In this document: in pieces, positions 1-14,700 of the stretch
How positions within the stretch are numbered: the stretch's first letter is position 1
How the letters are laid out: every line of letters begins with the position of its first letter
DNA from: Convolutriloba macropyga
Taxonomy: Eukaryota
NCBI RefSeq assembly: GCF_964194025.1
Contig: NC_134481.1
Coordinates: 17,112,001-17,176,000, forward strand
Reading direction: 5' to 3'
Length of the DNA stretch: 64,000 nt
Translations under genes and position numbers: made by a program
The notes under the pieces: model-generated
The model's database searches: none
The model's input: the letters and a program-made list of their open reading frames with translations, nothing else
Told to the model about the DNA's origin: nothing

Positions 1-155
1 GACGCAAAAAAAGTGGCTATAGTCACCAAAAAAAGAGCAATGCTGCTCATAAAAAATATCAGTCCCAAATGTGGGGAATAATAAGAAAAAGGGCAGCTGA
101 AAACAGGCTACTGTAGGCCTAATGCTGTTCCGCTGTGATTACGCAGAAATCACAG
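1..155. repeat. Dispersed repeat, same family as 14545-14963
   Basis: gtggggaataataagaaaaagggcagctgaaaacaggctactgtaggcctaatgctgttccgctg is nearly identical to the copy at 14859-14925. Confidence 0.88.
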
Positions 156-2541
156 TTTTTATTAAATATCAAAGCAGATATATTTTTCAATATGAAAGGA
201 ACCCGGGCATAAATACAGCTAGTTATGGAAAGTTCCAATGACAAAAACGAAAGCACTATTATCTGCAACAGAAAGAGGTAACAGTCGAATTACCAAAAGG
301 ACCAAGGTGCAGCGATGTGTCTTTCTTGCGGTAAGATCAGACTATGCATTAAATTGCATGACATAGCAAGGGTTGGAAAAAATTAGTTTTCTGATCTAGT
401 ATGTAGGTTTTCACAAAAACTAAACTTGAATTGGTACGCACGATCATATTTAGTGTTCCATTTGACACTACAAAACTGTATAGAAACTCTTTTGTTGTCA
501 CTAAAAATGTGCATATTAATTCAGAGAAATTACTCTAGGTAATCAGATTTCAATCGTGTGAGTTGTTTACATTACATCACTAATCCAATGGGTATTTGGT
601 TCAAAGTAGCCACCCGGGTCGTGAAACTTAAGCAAGCAATCGATTTTACGGAGATATTTTGTCAGGCTAAGACTACATCCAATATATACCGATATATGGG
701 GTATATTTAGGATAAGCCAATATATGGGGTATATTTAAAGAAGTTTGCAGCTACGATAGCAAGTAATTTTTTAAACGGATTTAGAGCGATTTAAGAGTTG
801 TCTTACTTTCTCGCGACCAATTTTTAGTCAATCAGAATTGAGCAAAATTTAGCTATGCGAAAACAAAACTGCTAAAACACATCATAATCGCGCATGATTT
901 CGTCGTTCAATATAGTTTGTAATTTCAATTCAACAAATTTGGTTTTAATTTTTTTGGCTTCACAATAAGTTTTCTTTCCAGATTCAATTTCTTTTCAAAA
1001 GCACAGCCCAAATCAACACCAAAAGACAAAAAGTTTTTAGCTGAAAAATAGTCAAAAATTAGAGATTTCGACTATTAGTTTTCCAAAATTAGGCCTTTTT
1101 TAGAGTCGAAAATCAATTTAAAATAATGAGCACAATCAATCTACCTTTGATATCTTCTATGCAGGTATAATTCATAATTTTATTCAAAAATTATGATAAT
1201 TATACACTATTTGAATTTTTTAAGGCTTGGAGCATTTTGTTCTCTATTTCAGATGCAGATCTTCGTTTTCTTCCAATGAGCACCTGTTGGGTCAATAGAC
1301 TTGCTGTTGCGAAAGTAATGCATGGAGTGGATAGACTGAAACTGATAGAAATCTGATGGACTTGAAATGTTAAATCAAAACTTTCAAATTACATGAATTG
1401 TTAATTTAAATTTAAAACAATATAACGGTTTTTCACTGAGCGGAGAAACTATATTAAAAATAGATTTAATGGAATTTTCGTAGCTCAATTTTAAATGCAT
1501 TTCAAAGGTTTTTAAACAACTACAATGCAATTTTTTCAACGGAATTAAATAGATTTAAGAGGATTTAAATCGTTAAAATGGTCTCAAATTGATGCCGTAA
1601 AAGAGATTTTGTTGATAACACTTTTTAAAAATGAAAACCGCTATAAAATCGATTTTTATTTCAATTATTCCAATGCGGGCAACTTAAGTAAAATTCAAAA
1701 GCCTTATTAGGAACACATGTATGAACATAGGTTGTGATCCTTACATAGATTCGAGTGCAAAATTGCAAGAATTTGTACTGCTCAAATTCAATCAGGTAAA
1801 CATTAATGATGGGTCCTCTTTTCAGCACCCAAGCGAATTCTTCTGTGCACCCAGAATCAAAATATGCCGCCAGAATTAAAAAAGCTAAATTTCAGGTGAA
1901 AAATATGCAACTTTTTGGTTTCGGATTACATTTTATTTGCCACTCGCCGTCAATTGAGCTCACGAAAACGTCAAAAACCAAATAAAAGGAATTGAACAAA
2001 TCCAAAAATTAGAAACCAGTTCATATATAGATCTATAAACTGACAATATTTGCAATGCAAATTTATTTAAAATGGCAGCTACTATACTTTTGCTATCAAA
2101 TTTTCCGATATGAGGGTTCCTGCTTTTTAGCACGTTTTTTTCCTTAGTGAATGTCAAGGAGTTACGGATTTTTGCGGATAATAGCAATGGATCATCTGAA
2201 AGCAACTCAATAACCAACTCAACTTTGCGGAAAACTATCCTTTTTGTCCTACTGATTTCAATGAACAGCCTAAAAAAACGTTGGAGAAACTATTAAACGT
2301 GCAATGACATTAACCAAGGATTTCCAAAAGCAAGTAGAGTATTAAAGAAGGCCAAAACGGCTAATGTGTAAACCTTTAAAGATGCAAATTCTGTCTCAAA
2401 AATGAGTTTGAGATTATAAAGTCTTATTAAGATCACATTCTTCTCCTTGCGCGAAATACATTGGCCATATTCATATACCTAAGAGGTCAAGAGGTCCAAA
2501 AAATTTTTTCATAAATTCATAATGTAACCATTAAACGGCAC

Positions 2542-2718
2542 CTGTCCCGTTTTTGCGACAGTTGCATTTGCCTGATTGACCACAGCCTCTGCATCAGATA
2601 GTTCCACAGTTAGAGAACTCATAAGAGATGCCAGAGTGTCTCTGCATTGGAGCACTGATTTGAGAGAATCCGCTGTCTGGTTCACCAGTTTGTCCAGACC
2701 AGCCATGTCACTCCGGAG
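2542..2718 (-). CDS. LAMB1: Laminin beta exon, coiled coil (last exon found in window)
   Basis: LRSDMAGLDKLVNQTADSLKSVLQCRDTLASLMSSLTVELSDAEAVVNQANATVAKTGQ; cgtag / gtgccg. Confidence 0.82.
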
Positions 2719-5700
2719 CTACGAAAAGAACATGAACCCAACATGAATTGTTTTCTACTTTTGATTTATACAATTCAAACTTATTTTTCTAATTTATGAT
2801 TTTTATTCAAGAAGTCTGATTTCGCGCAAAAATCTTACTAGAATGCTCACACTTTCTCTGAAGTTCCGCTCTTAAACTGCTTACGATGGGAAAACAAGAA
2901 AGTCAAAATTTACATATTCGCAGCAGTTTCCTTCCCTCAGCAAGTGATTAGATGTTTTCGCCCAAGTTCCGATCCCTACAAATGTTCAAATTAGCCGGTG
3001 AAAGGGGACTGTTATGGGCAAATAACTTAAGATGGGTGCATAATAATTGAATATAAGACTTTATTTAAGAAGTTTTGCTTTATTTATAAATCAACATTTA
3101 AAACTACGATCTCTGGCCACAATTTTAAAATACGATATTTTTACCGACATCGTCATCTTAATCAGCATTTAACCGACGTGTCAGAAAACTCTTCAGTATT
3201 TTCGGGGGTTTTTTGTACTTGAAACCGACGATGCCAAAGTTCTGTAACAAACTGTTGTCGTTTTTGAACTATGGAAATTTGCGCACTCAGATTCAGGTCC
3301 CAGTCTGAAGCAACCTCTGGTTAGACTATCTCAGACCAAAGTGACCTCTGATCAGACAAATTCCAGTCCATTTTCGAGACCATTCTGAGCTCGAAGATTT
3401 TTTAAGACTATGTAATTCGAGTCACGATGCACAGGTGTGCAATCAAATATGGTCGGATCAGAGGTAGCTTTGTTCTATGACGTCAACCTGGGTATTAATA
3501 ACTTACCCCATCAACTTTTGCGCCCATTTGGCTGAGGAGAAGCTTCGTGTCATTGATGGCCTGCTCCGTGAGGTTGTTGTATTGAACTGCATCAGTCAAC
3601 ATATTCATCAGTTTCATCACATCTGACATCACACTCTCAGCTAACTTACTAAAAAATCAATCAATCAACAAAAATATATCCTTGTGGATTGCCTCAGCAC
3701 AATCGTTTCCGGAAAAACCGAGACCGATTCGGGGGGTCGCCCTTTTCTTTCAATGCATTATGCAGTCATGATGACTACTTCTCTTTGACCTTAAAAAGGC
3801 AGGGTGATGATGATGTCCAAGATGGGAGTAATAAACGGCACTGTGGGTGTAAGAGATCCTAGTTTTGCTATATTTGATCCTTTAAACTATATGTATACAA
3901 AATATAGTAGGTTCTGCTGCTTCTCAACGTGATTCATATAAACCATAAATTCTAATATGTCACATTTTAGCTCGTATTTGATTTCAACCCCCACAAACTT
4001 TTCATTGCAATACCATTTTTTCGACCCTTCGACCCCTCCTCGATTATTAGACCAAATTTTGACATTTTTGCTGACAAATTTCCTAGTTATATCAAGATAA
4101 ATGATATCAGAGGTAAATGAAGGAGGGCTGAAAAAGACCGGAAACAAAGCAGGACAGTAAAACAGAAGTCAGTACTGTTTGTAAATTAAGTATCGTTTCG
4201 TATGGCCTCTTTACCGGGCTGTAAGTGCGTCTTGTAGTAGCGTGCGTACAAGAGAGGCATTAGCCTGCATCTGCTGAGTCACTTTGGCCATCTCGTCAAC
4301 TTGTGCCTCCATACTTCGCATCTCTCGCTCAAGATCTAATCAAACAAACAATCACTTCTCTCAAAAACAAATCTTCGAAAAATATGAGTACAGCTCACGA
4401 TTAATCAATTTTTCAAAGCAGAAGGGCGCATAAATAACTGAGTTTATAGCGTATACTGCTAGTTTTTCTCGAAATTTTAGTTAACCGCAAAATTGAGGAA
4501 ATAGTGCAAATGAACGCCCATTCACAGATCGTTTTATTACATGTGTGGTAACTAGTGTTGAAATTCTGTATAATGCACAAAAAAAAACAAGATTTTGGCC
4601 TGAATGCGATAAATGTGTTGAACTTATGCACTGTTAACTTTATATAGATTATAGAGCTAATTTCACTTCATTAACTGTTTTTCTCTCTCATAGAATTTAG
4701 AAAGAGATCAACCCAAATACAGCACGTAAATTCTGCACGAACAGCAGGCAACGATCAAAAGAGTTTGCATTATGTGGGCTTCGGCATACCATAGGAACAT
4801 TAACCAAGAAATGAACATCCGAAGATCTTGACACTGAAGTATCCAGGCAGAGAAGCAAAAATCAACCCACATTCATATCTATAAGGGATCTATCTAGGCC
4901 TCCATTTATGAGCGGCATGGTCTCGACACGTGAATTACCCGATGAATCAAAGCTTCATACATCTTCCGGTAACATTTAAGATCCTGACTAGCCAGTGTAA
5001 ATTGGGATATGAACAGAGTTCCGGCCATCCACCAAAAAACAGAATGTCTCTGGACTGATTCAGCGCTGATTTGCTCTGCAACCAACCTCGGGGTATAAAC
5101 AGATTTATGTAAAAGGTGGATGATCTCTGTTCGATGATGGATGAAAACTNNNNNNNNNNNNNNNNNNNNNNNNNNNNNNNNNNNNNNNNNNNNNNNNNNN
5201 NNNNNNNNNNNNNNNNNNNNNNNNNNNNNNNNNNNNNNNNNNNNNNNNNNNNNNNNNNNNNNNNNNNNNNNNNNNNNNNNNNNNNNNNNNNNNNNNNNNN
5301 NNNNNNNNNNNNNNNNNNNNNNNNNNNNNNNNNNNNNNNNNNNNNNNNNNNNNNNNNNNNNNNNNNNNNNNNNNNNNNNNNNNNNNNNNNNNNNNNNNNN
5401 NNNNNNNNNNNTATACAAGGGTTGTACTCAAGAGAAATGATATTCTGTTAATTCAAAGAAGTGAAAACTGTTGATAGAGTGTTGCTCTGGTTGAATTTTG
5501 TATAATAGCAGGCGGAACGTGCGAGCAGAACTGTTGGAGCATATTTTATCCAGCTAAAGAGTCCATCTGAATTGCATCTCATCACTTTTATAAACAATTT
5601 ATAAAAGATTTGTGTTCTCCTACAAAACTGAAACGAAGTCCCAGAGTTTTTGCTTTCATTTTGCCCATCATATGTTGAAAACACGAGGGCGGTTTTTTCC

Positions 5701-8700
5701 ATTGTCAACGAGGGAAATCAATTCTATGACGCCAATGAAAAAATGGAAAACTGGACAATGCCAAGACGGCCTCATAGACTGAAAAACATTCACTACAGTT
5801 TTACGTTTAAAAGACTGGTCATGGAAATATTTGTTGTTGGATGTTTGAACTAACTAGCGAATAGAAATGGCACATTATTCTCCGATTCCAACTCCAGTTT
5901 TTTAATCTTTTGAATTTTTTTTGCTCAATTCGTTATTTTAATTTGCACAAGAAGAAAAAGCAAACGAAAGGACAGTGAGAGCTCTTGCAATAAGTATAAA
6001 AATGAGTTTGCGTTGTTTCTCCACACTGATAAGCGAATTTTGTGACGTCAAAAGTTCCAAAGTGTTCAAACTTACTCTCGATATCTTTTTGCGTAATGTT
6101 TGGCATTTGGAAGTTATCAATGGCCTTGAGCAGCTTCGAGACATCGTCCAGGTATCTATAGCTAAGAGCTTTCTGCTCAGCAATAGAGGTCAACTGGTCA
6201 GTGAAGGTTTTGTTCAAATTAGAAGCCATCTCTTGTGCGTCCTCTGCTCGCCTTCTCAAGTCCTCTGCTGACAGTGAAGTGATTTCAACCAATGAGAGAG
6301 CTTCGTTCACCTGCAAATGTTTTCACTCCAGAGCGAACAGTGCAAAAACTACTTAGTAATATTTTGAAAAAATTTGATGGTTAGAATAAGCAACTTAGCA
6401 TATTAAACAACATAAACAACTTAGCACTAACAAGTTTTTTTTTACAATTCAAAGAATTTGAATTGTATTGGGGCGCTGTCTTTTTACAATTCAAAGAATT
6501 TGAATTGTATTGGGGTGCTGTCTTTTTTTTACGACTCGAAGAGGAGTATTGGTTTTCTTAAGGTTTTTTTTTACCGGAAGTACTATTCGTTCAGACGATG
6601 TTTTGACCTAAAAGCGAAAGCGAGTAAAATTGCAGTATGAACTAATTTTTTCTGAGCGAGAGAAGTTTTTTGATCATGCGCTGCGTTTAGTGAATGACTT
6701 TTTGACATTGAAAAGTAGTTTTTGACTGAATGGCACATATAGATAACCGTTTTTAGCCGTTTTTTCGTCTAAGTGGCCTAGTTTTATTGCTTGTAATTTG
6801 GTTTTTTGTAGAAATAATTTTTAATCGATGCTATGTTGAAATGTAAACCCGGGAAATTGTTAGCACAGTATTTTGCATAGCCTGAAATTGCGTTGCAAAT
6901 GCGAAATTGGCACATATTTCTTGATTTTTTAGTTAATTTTTGGCTTTTTTTCTATTAATTTCTTCATTTTTGGATCTTTTAGCTGTTTTTTGTCAAAATA
7001 TATCATATACTCAATGCCTCTTTCTACCTCGATGTTTTTTGTTTCAAAAAAATGTACATTTGCTAATCCGATTTTCGTAGTTTTTTGCATTTTTTTCAGT
7101 TTTTTGTTTGTATTTTGCTTTTAATTACTAAAAATAGTATTTTGGGGAAGATGAGGGACTTTAATTTTGTTTCAATAAAAATTCAATTATTTTTTGGGGT
7201 TAAGTTTTTGAAAAAACAGATAAATTTTTTTCATAAATGCAGTCTTAAATATTTTTTGACCACTTTTTTGCAAAATGTTTCATTGTTTCGTATGTCTGAA
7301 TTCTGCTTTTTCTTGTTTTATTCTGTTCAGCAAGCTGGATTTTTGTCTCGAATGACTCGTTGTATTTTCTATGTCTCGAATGCTGATCAATGAAATGTAC
7401 TCGTTTTTCTTGATTTTTTTAAACTTGATTTTTAACTTTCAAAAATCAAGAATTGGTCTTTTTGTTACGGTGTTCCTAACATTGTGTCCACATTCTTCAC
7501 ATTCTCGTTTGTATCATTCTAGTTTTTTCCTGGCACCTACTTTGGTTTTCGTTATATTGATTTTTTAAGTTGTTAAAAAATTGAATTAATTCAGCTTTTT
7601 CTTAGATCTTGGTTTCTTCGGTTTGCAATTGATTTAATTCAAAATAAGGCAGTACTGGGAGTTTGCTAGAAAGTCTTTGCCAACATTTCGACTTATTACT
7701 GTTCATTGCAATTTTATTCCGGGCTGGGTATTGTTTTTAGACGATTGTTTGCCTTTGAATATTATTCTGTTGCTTTTGTTTTTCTATGAATAATTTAATT
7801 TTTGAATTAGTATGAAATCTTGTTGTCTAGCATATATACAACAAGGAAAAATCATGTATTATTTTTGTCTTAATTGCCGTGATTAGAAATCTAATTGTAG
7901 TGGTTCTCTGATTCTTAAGTTTGAGCACTCTTTTTTGAATAATTTTGACTTTCCTGTCTTTTTGAAAAGTTTTTATCTGCCACTTGCTTTCGCGATCTTT
8001 TTGAGATTAGAATCATTAATTATCTGAGGGCAATTGATGGCCCCATCAGCTTTGTCAGGCTATCAGTTTTTTGACCATCCTAAAAATTTCAGACTTTTTT
8101 AACGTTACCAAACGTTTTCAATAATAAAAATTTGCTGCATTTTCTTTCTCTTGGTGACAGTGGTTTAAATTTCACCGATTTGTAGATCAGACCCGCGGAG
8201 GTAATGAGTTAAGGGTTTAAAACAAAAGGTAATGGCTTTAGCTTTTTGTGAAATTTTGGTGCTTCGAGTCGCTTCCGGAATTCTTCCGGCTATGTTTTTA
8301 AGATCTGTTCACACATTTTCATGATTTTTGAAGTCAAATTGGAGTAGTGATTTTGGTCACGCCGAAACAGGAAAGGGAGCGAAAAAGCGGGTGGCTTTGT
8401 GGCGTGAAATATTTTTGCTCTAAATTTAAAGTAGAGTGAGAAAATGGTGTTTGAACAAAAATTCGCTTTCTCGCTAGTGGTTTTTTGTTCACATGCGGCA
8501 ATTTCACTTTGATTTTTACTGGTTTTTTTCGATTTTTTGGATCGGATTTTTTTCTAAATGGTTTTCCCAATCCATTTACAGCTCATTCTAGGCCTAGTTT
8601 TCTGCTTGAATTGAATTTTCATTTCTCGCTGGTGGTTTTTTTGTTCACATGCGGCATTTTGACATTGATTTTCTGTTGTTTTTTCTTATTTTTTGATCTG

Positions 8701-11700
8701 ATTACTTTTAAAATTGTTTTCTCAATTCACTCATAGTCCATTCTTGGTCTAGTTTTCCTGTTTAGTCAATGAAAATTCTTTGAATTGTACGTCAGGACTT
8801 GTCCTGCTATGTTTTTTTAAAGATCTGTTCACACATTTTCATGATTTTTGAAGTCAAATTGGAGTAGTGATTTTGGTCACGCCGAAACAGGAAACGGAGC
8901 GAAAAAGCGAGTGGTTTTGCGGCGTGAAATTTTTTCGCTCTAAATTTAAAGTAGAGTGAGAAAACGGTGTTTGAACAAAAATTCGGTTTCTCGGTAGTGG
9001 TTTTTTGTTCACATGCGGCAATTTCACTCTGATTTTTACTGTTTTTTCGATTTTTTGGATCGGATTTTTTTCTAAATGGTTTTTCCAATCCATTCATAGT
9101 TTATTCTAGTCCTATTTTTTTATTTTTGAACCAAATTTTCACTACTGGCTAGTAGTTTTTTTTCACTTGCGGCTTCTTGACATTGATTTTTTGTTTTTTT
9201 AAATTTTTTTGTTATCTGATTTTTTTTTAGAAATGGGGGGGGAGGGGGGTTAATGGAGGGAAGATTCCAAATTATCTCACTGGATAACTGAGGACCGGTA
9301 TTAAAAAAGTCAATAAAGTTTGCTTCTCTGGCACTGACCTCTTGAAGAACCTCTCTAGCTCGTGTCAGCTTTGCATCCAGCAGAGCTATGATCTCCTTCA
9401 ATTTTGACTCTGCCTTCCTTGAGTAAGTGGTAGCACCCTTGCACGTGGCTAACACAATGCCCTCTGCAGTGGGAGTATTCCCACAGAATGAACAGCGGGG
9501 ACCACCACAAGTGTCACAGGAGCCAATTGTGGGGTCCACCCCGCCACACATCTGTCAATAGATTCGAAAGTTTGTAAAATTCCAATTGTAAAATTACAAG
9601 TTTCAAAATTGAAATCGGCCATTTTACTTCTGGCAATTGTTAGTCGTTTTTTCTCAGGTTCTTCATTGAAATTAAAAAGTAATAGACTTTAATGTTATCT
9701 TCCTATCGAACAAACCAAGCGGACAAAAACTGTTAGCTATGCTTATGAAAATAAGGTAAATTTACCAGCTTAGTCATTTCTGCAATGAAGACCTGAGTAG
9801 AATTGACTTGAGTCTCCAATTCTTCGAACGTCTCCTGAAACTCCTCGACGGTCTCTTGGTACTGTGTCGGGTCAATTAAGGTCAACTGTCTCTCAATATA
9901 GTCCAGTTGCTTCTCAATTGACACCAGGCTCTCCATTTCAGATAGAGAATCAGCCATAGCTTGTTTTGACATCTCACTGGCTTTCGAGATGCGGTCTTTG
10001 ATACCTGTGAAAGTAAAATGATTTAGAAGGTTTTAGTTTGATGGCTACCAGAAAATCTTCTAACATCCAATTTACATCGAATGGGATTTAAAATTCACAT
10101 CTATTAAAGATTTATACCCCCTGAGAATACAAAAAAGATAACTGAGAATATGGAAAAGATAACTCTGTGAAAAAATAACTGCAATTGCAAGGCCACTGTG
10201 CAAGCCAAAAGGTACAGTAAAACATTGGTCTAGAAACGGTACTATTAATTATAGGAATTTCAGTTAAGCGACGTCGTTTTCTTGGATCAGTTTATTTCGT
10301 GGTAGGCTGGAACAGCAGAAGGCACATGATAAAGCAAGAACGCGAATTTTAACTGTTTTCAGAATGATTTCCGACATCAATTTTTGTGCTCTGAAGTTTA
10401 GTCTGAACATAGAGCAAAAAATAACCTGATCACAATATGACTAGTGTAAAAATGCAGACTGAGATTCTCATGATTCAGCGCTGCTTAACAATGTCTCTTC
10501 GATACAGGATAGAGAAAACAGTTCTGATTACCCAATAAGGAATCGGCAGCTAGTCCGTCTTTCTTGGCCTTGAGGATCTCTATTCTCCTGGATGATTCGT
10601 TCATGTCTCTCCTAGCCTGGTCCAACTGTAGACGCAGTCGGTCCAAGTCACCAGATTGGGTCTCAATTGAGGCCTCGTATTTCACCAATTCCTCCTCCAG
10701 CAAGTCTGCTCGCAACCTTCCAAAATGGAAACAATGTTATATCCGAAAAATTGAGACTGAAACGACAAATTCAAAAGATTAATCAATTCATTTAAGTTGT
10801 GTTCTCAAATAATTTATAACTTTCAAGTAGCGCGTGCACTTGCATTCGCTTTGGCTGTACATTTAACTTCATTTTGAAGTTGTGCTGCAGAAATTTATTG
10901 ATTCTCAAATTTCTGGAGAAAAAAAATTTTAAATCGGAAAATGCTCGCATCAAGAATCAAAAAAGGTGGCGTGAATAAAAAGATGTGTCCTAAATCGGGA
11001 ATAAATTTGAGACGCTATCTTCACGATCGGAGCCTTTTGAGGGGATGGACGAACCCGTTGGCGCCTCCAGAGATTGACTGACACCGCTGTCAGCATCACC
11101 AGGCGATCAACCGGAGCATCTATTTGTTTCGAATTGGCTTGGAATAACCACATACGATTCGAAATCATGTCACAGAACTCCACGGATAATGCTATCGCAT
11201 TGGCACATACGATAATTTATTGCCACATGATTGGGGGGTTGGGTTGTGGGGGGTGGTTGGGTTGTGGGGGATTGGGTTGTGGGGGATTGGGTTGTGGGGG
11301 ATTGGGTTGTGGGCGGTGTTCTCCATCAACGACCCATGACCCATGAAATCATACCTCCCATTACTGTATTATTGTTTTTACTGTAAAATTGCTCTGTTCG
11401 CCATTTTAGCTTTTCATGCTAATTTAAAATATATTGCTTTCGAAAATTTCAATTTCAACTCTGTAAATTTTGTAGCATGGGGGAGTCACTGAACAGGCCA
11501 GTAACATCCTTGCCTCTGGGCAGAGAATATTCAGCCTGAGTTTGACTCAGGTTGGACAGAAGTCACTCATTCTTTGTTCACGTTCAGTTGTTGAATAATT
11601 GCTGAGTTTAGCCTTTAGTAACTGTAGAGCATCTGCGCAGAAGAGAACGGTCGTTTTTCTTCATTTGTCATGGCAGAGTGCTGAGTGTTATGGAATTACC

Positions 11701-14700
11701 ATGATTCAGTGGCTTATATACGAAGAAAAACAAACACATTCCGTTAATTTATTGAAAATCCATAGGATATAATCATTTTTTTGCTAACAAAAATGTTGGA
11801 AAAAAATTAATTTTGGTTTTTATACTGCCAGTGTTCACACAAATTGTTGAATAAGTAAGTTTTCCTGTATAGTGAAAGGTACCAGAGCGTTCAGATGTTC
11901 AATATCTGCATTAGTCGCACCCGATTTTGCATACATGCACGCAGTTTATCTGACGTACGTACATAGGCATGTTTTTCTTCACAACTGAAAACACTAAAGA
12001 ACAAAACGCACAGAATATTTGCCAGAAAGAATTATGTAAGAAACTCTCTTAAAAATCAAAATCTGTTTAATTATTCATATTACTATGATGTCTTTTAACT
12101 TCTGGGAAAATTGGTTTTAGTTTCGACAAAAACGAGAAGTGTTACGCGTTTTACAAAGTATTACAAACTCTTACGCTTAAGTAGGAAGAAGTTTTTTGAA
12201 TAAAGTTTTTCCACGAAAGAGTTTTAATCAGGCGTATGACTACCTGGATCTTCTATTATACGCCTTTCCTGCAGATCAATAGATACAAATACGCGCTAAT
12301 GCTATGCAATCCCAGTTGTAACGTTATCATGAAAAAAGCTAGAAATTTAAATTACGTGAAAAGTTAAAGTTTTTTGCTTATTATACCCTTGTTTTGGATT
12401 GAGCGAATGGATTACAAGTAAATTGTGCCGGAAGTGCAACCAATTTTCCGTCAAATTGTCCGAAAACTTAAGATTCGTGCAGCTGACATGCAGATTGTTT
12501 TCAGGAATGCCAAAATACGGGCACACATCAAGTAAATTTACCTAAATTTTTGTTTAGTTTTCCCTGAACGCTTTCTTAGAGTGTATGAAGTTATGAAGTT
12601 GGAGACAGGTGGGTTAATGATGGTTATATTCCTCTAAGCGTGGGAGGAAGCAGTTTGGGTTTTGTTTAATAGAACAGGGTAGCGTGGTTCGGTTCGTAGA
12701 AATGCTTACTTAGAGCTCTCGACAGTGTCTTTGAGCTGTTTGAGTCTGTCCGCTGCCTCCTTGTTACTCTCCAACAACTTCTCAATATCTCTAATGTATC
12801 CATCTAGCTTCTGGAACTCTCTCGTGTACTCCCCCACACTTCCAGACTTCTCTATTTTGGCTGCTTTATCTGCCAGGATATCTGATTCTCCTGAAATATT
12901 GAGTTAAGCTTTACTCTCAAACAACTTTAACACAAATTTATGAACCGACAAAAGTTGGAAATAATACATTTGGAAATAATACATTTGGAAATAATAATTA
13001 AAAATTACTGTGTTTATAATTTCTTTTGCAAGTTTGTCTAAGTTTGGTTATAGTTGTATTTTAATTATTTGAAGAGAAAGTTATAGGGGTATGAATCTGG
13101 CAAAACATGCGGACCGTTCACGTTATTGACTCAGCTATTGGTACAATATTTTAGTTGACGCAATTTCACTTTTGCATGGCGGATCTCTTTCCGTTCGTTA
13201 ACCCCCTTCCCCTCCCCCGCCCCCGCTTTGTGGTTACATATTATTTGTAACTCTCAAACGCGTGCCCTGTATCAACACAATAATTATATGTGAGGGAGCA
13301 AACAAGAATTAACACCATCTCAACGGATCTGAAAGGTGAGTCACACATGAAAGGAATTAGGTGTAATTACACACATAAATATTAATATAAAAATTTTGCT
13401 ATATTGATTTTTATTTTTGTGGTTTTTTATGATTAAACTTTTAATTTAAATGTTTAAGAAAAAAATAGATCCCAAATAGTTGCTTACGTTTTAGATCGTC
13501 CATAATGAGTTTCCAGTTATCGTAGCAGGAGCCACAAGGCTCGCAAGCTGGAAAAGTGCCCTGGTAGCCAATTTCACACTCGTCACATTTCTGTCCCCTC
13601 ACTCCCGTCCTGCACTCACACTGGCCAGAGTATCTGGAAAAAAGAAGGGAATATTAATGGCTGTAATATTTGGGATGACCCCTATATAAAAATCTTAGAT
13701 ATCTCCCAGGACAGCTCCAAATGGTTATAGTGAAGGATATTACAAGTTTCTGAGAGTATTGCAAGGTAACCATTAATCCTAAAAGAATCATACGAGATCT
13801 TACTAAAAGAATCTTTTTCAGAAATACATGGCCACTCAAATAAGAGATCGATTTTTTCCTATATATTTCTGAAATGTAATTTTTGCGTTATGTTTCAGTG
13901 TTTTTTTAGGATTATTAACAAAATCTCATTTTTAAAAGTACATTTTTTTGAAATATGAGTGCAACTTTTCATGAGTACACCAACATCAAAATAGGAAGTA
14001 GTAATTTAATATCTTTTTGAGTTGTAATGTCAATTCCGGCTGACTACAGTGAGAAAACGAAATTAACTGACCGACTGCACTGGTTTGAATTTGAGCCCCA
14101 TGGGTTGCAGTCGCAGCTGTGGCACTTGTCAAGAGGATCACCCCACTCACCCTCCCCACACTCGTCACACTTCCTGCCCCCGTAGTAGGGCAAACAAGCG
14201 CAGAACCCCGTCACCTTGAAAAGAAGAAACACACACTACTCAAATGATCAAGTATTGATGATTTCGATTCTGCAATTGCAGCGGAACAGTATAAGGTATT
14301 TTAACCTAAGGTGGATTAACAGAAGACTGATGTTACTTTTCAGGAATAGCATTTATGCTCCTTTTCAGGAACATCATTGCTATTTTTTGACGAATAATGA
14401 CGACTTTTTGCGTCTGAAACCTTTGCGTGGTTCCGACCTTCCAGCCAATAATGGTCAGAATTTTTCTTTACAAAATTTGTTTGCGTAGTAACGACCTTTC
14501 CCACCCACGGATACATTATCTAATTACCGAAATAAATAAATTTGATTCTGCGTAATCGCAGCGGAGCAGCATTAGGCTTTGAGTCTGCATTAACAGTAGC
14601 CTGTTCTCATCTGTCCTTTTTCTATTATTCCCCACCTCTCAGACAGCTCATTTAGTGAGCATGACTGCTCTTTTTGGTGACTATGGCCGCTTTTTTGCGT

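Noticed and set aside
1284-1335. Next laminin exon (SIHSMHYFRNSKSIDPT)
   Set aside because: It has AG/GT ends but no coiled-coil character and cannot be supported
4906-5451. Long ORFs spanning X runs (also 20964-21158 and 56631-56972)
   Set aside because: Artefacts of N gaps
8334-9097. Duplicated Lys-rich ORFs
   Set aside because: Antisense translations of the T-rich bodies of the nested Helentron-type elements
11074-11346. ORF with GGLGC repeats (keratin-associated or chorion-like)
   Set aside because: It is a translation of the 15-bp G-rich minisatellite, with no start or splice support
11460-11632. Extra laminin coiled-coil exon
   Set aside because: The required phase hits TAA within 8 codons, and exons 12710 and 10716 join in frame without it
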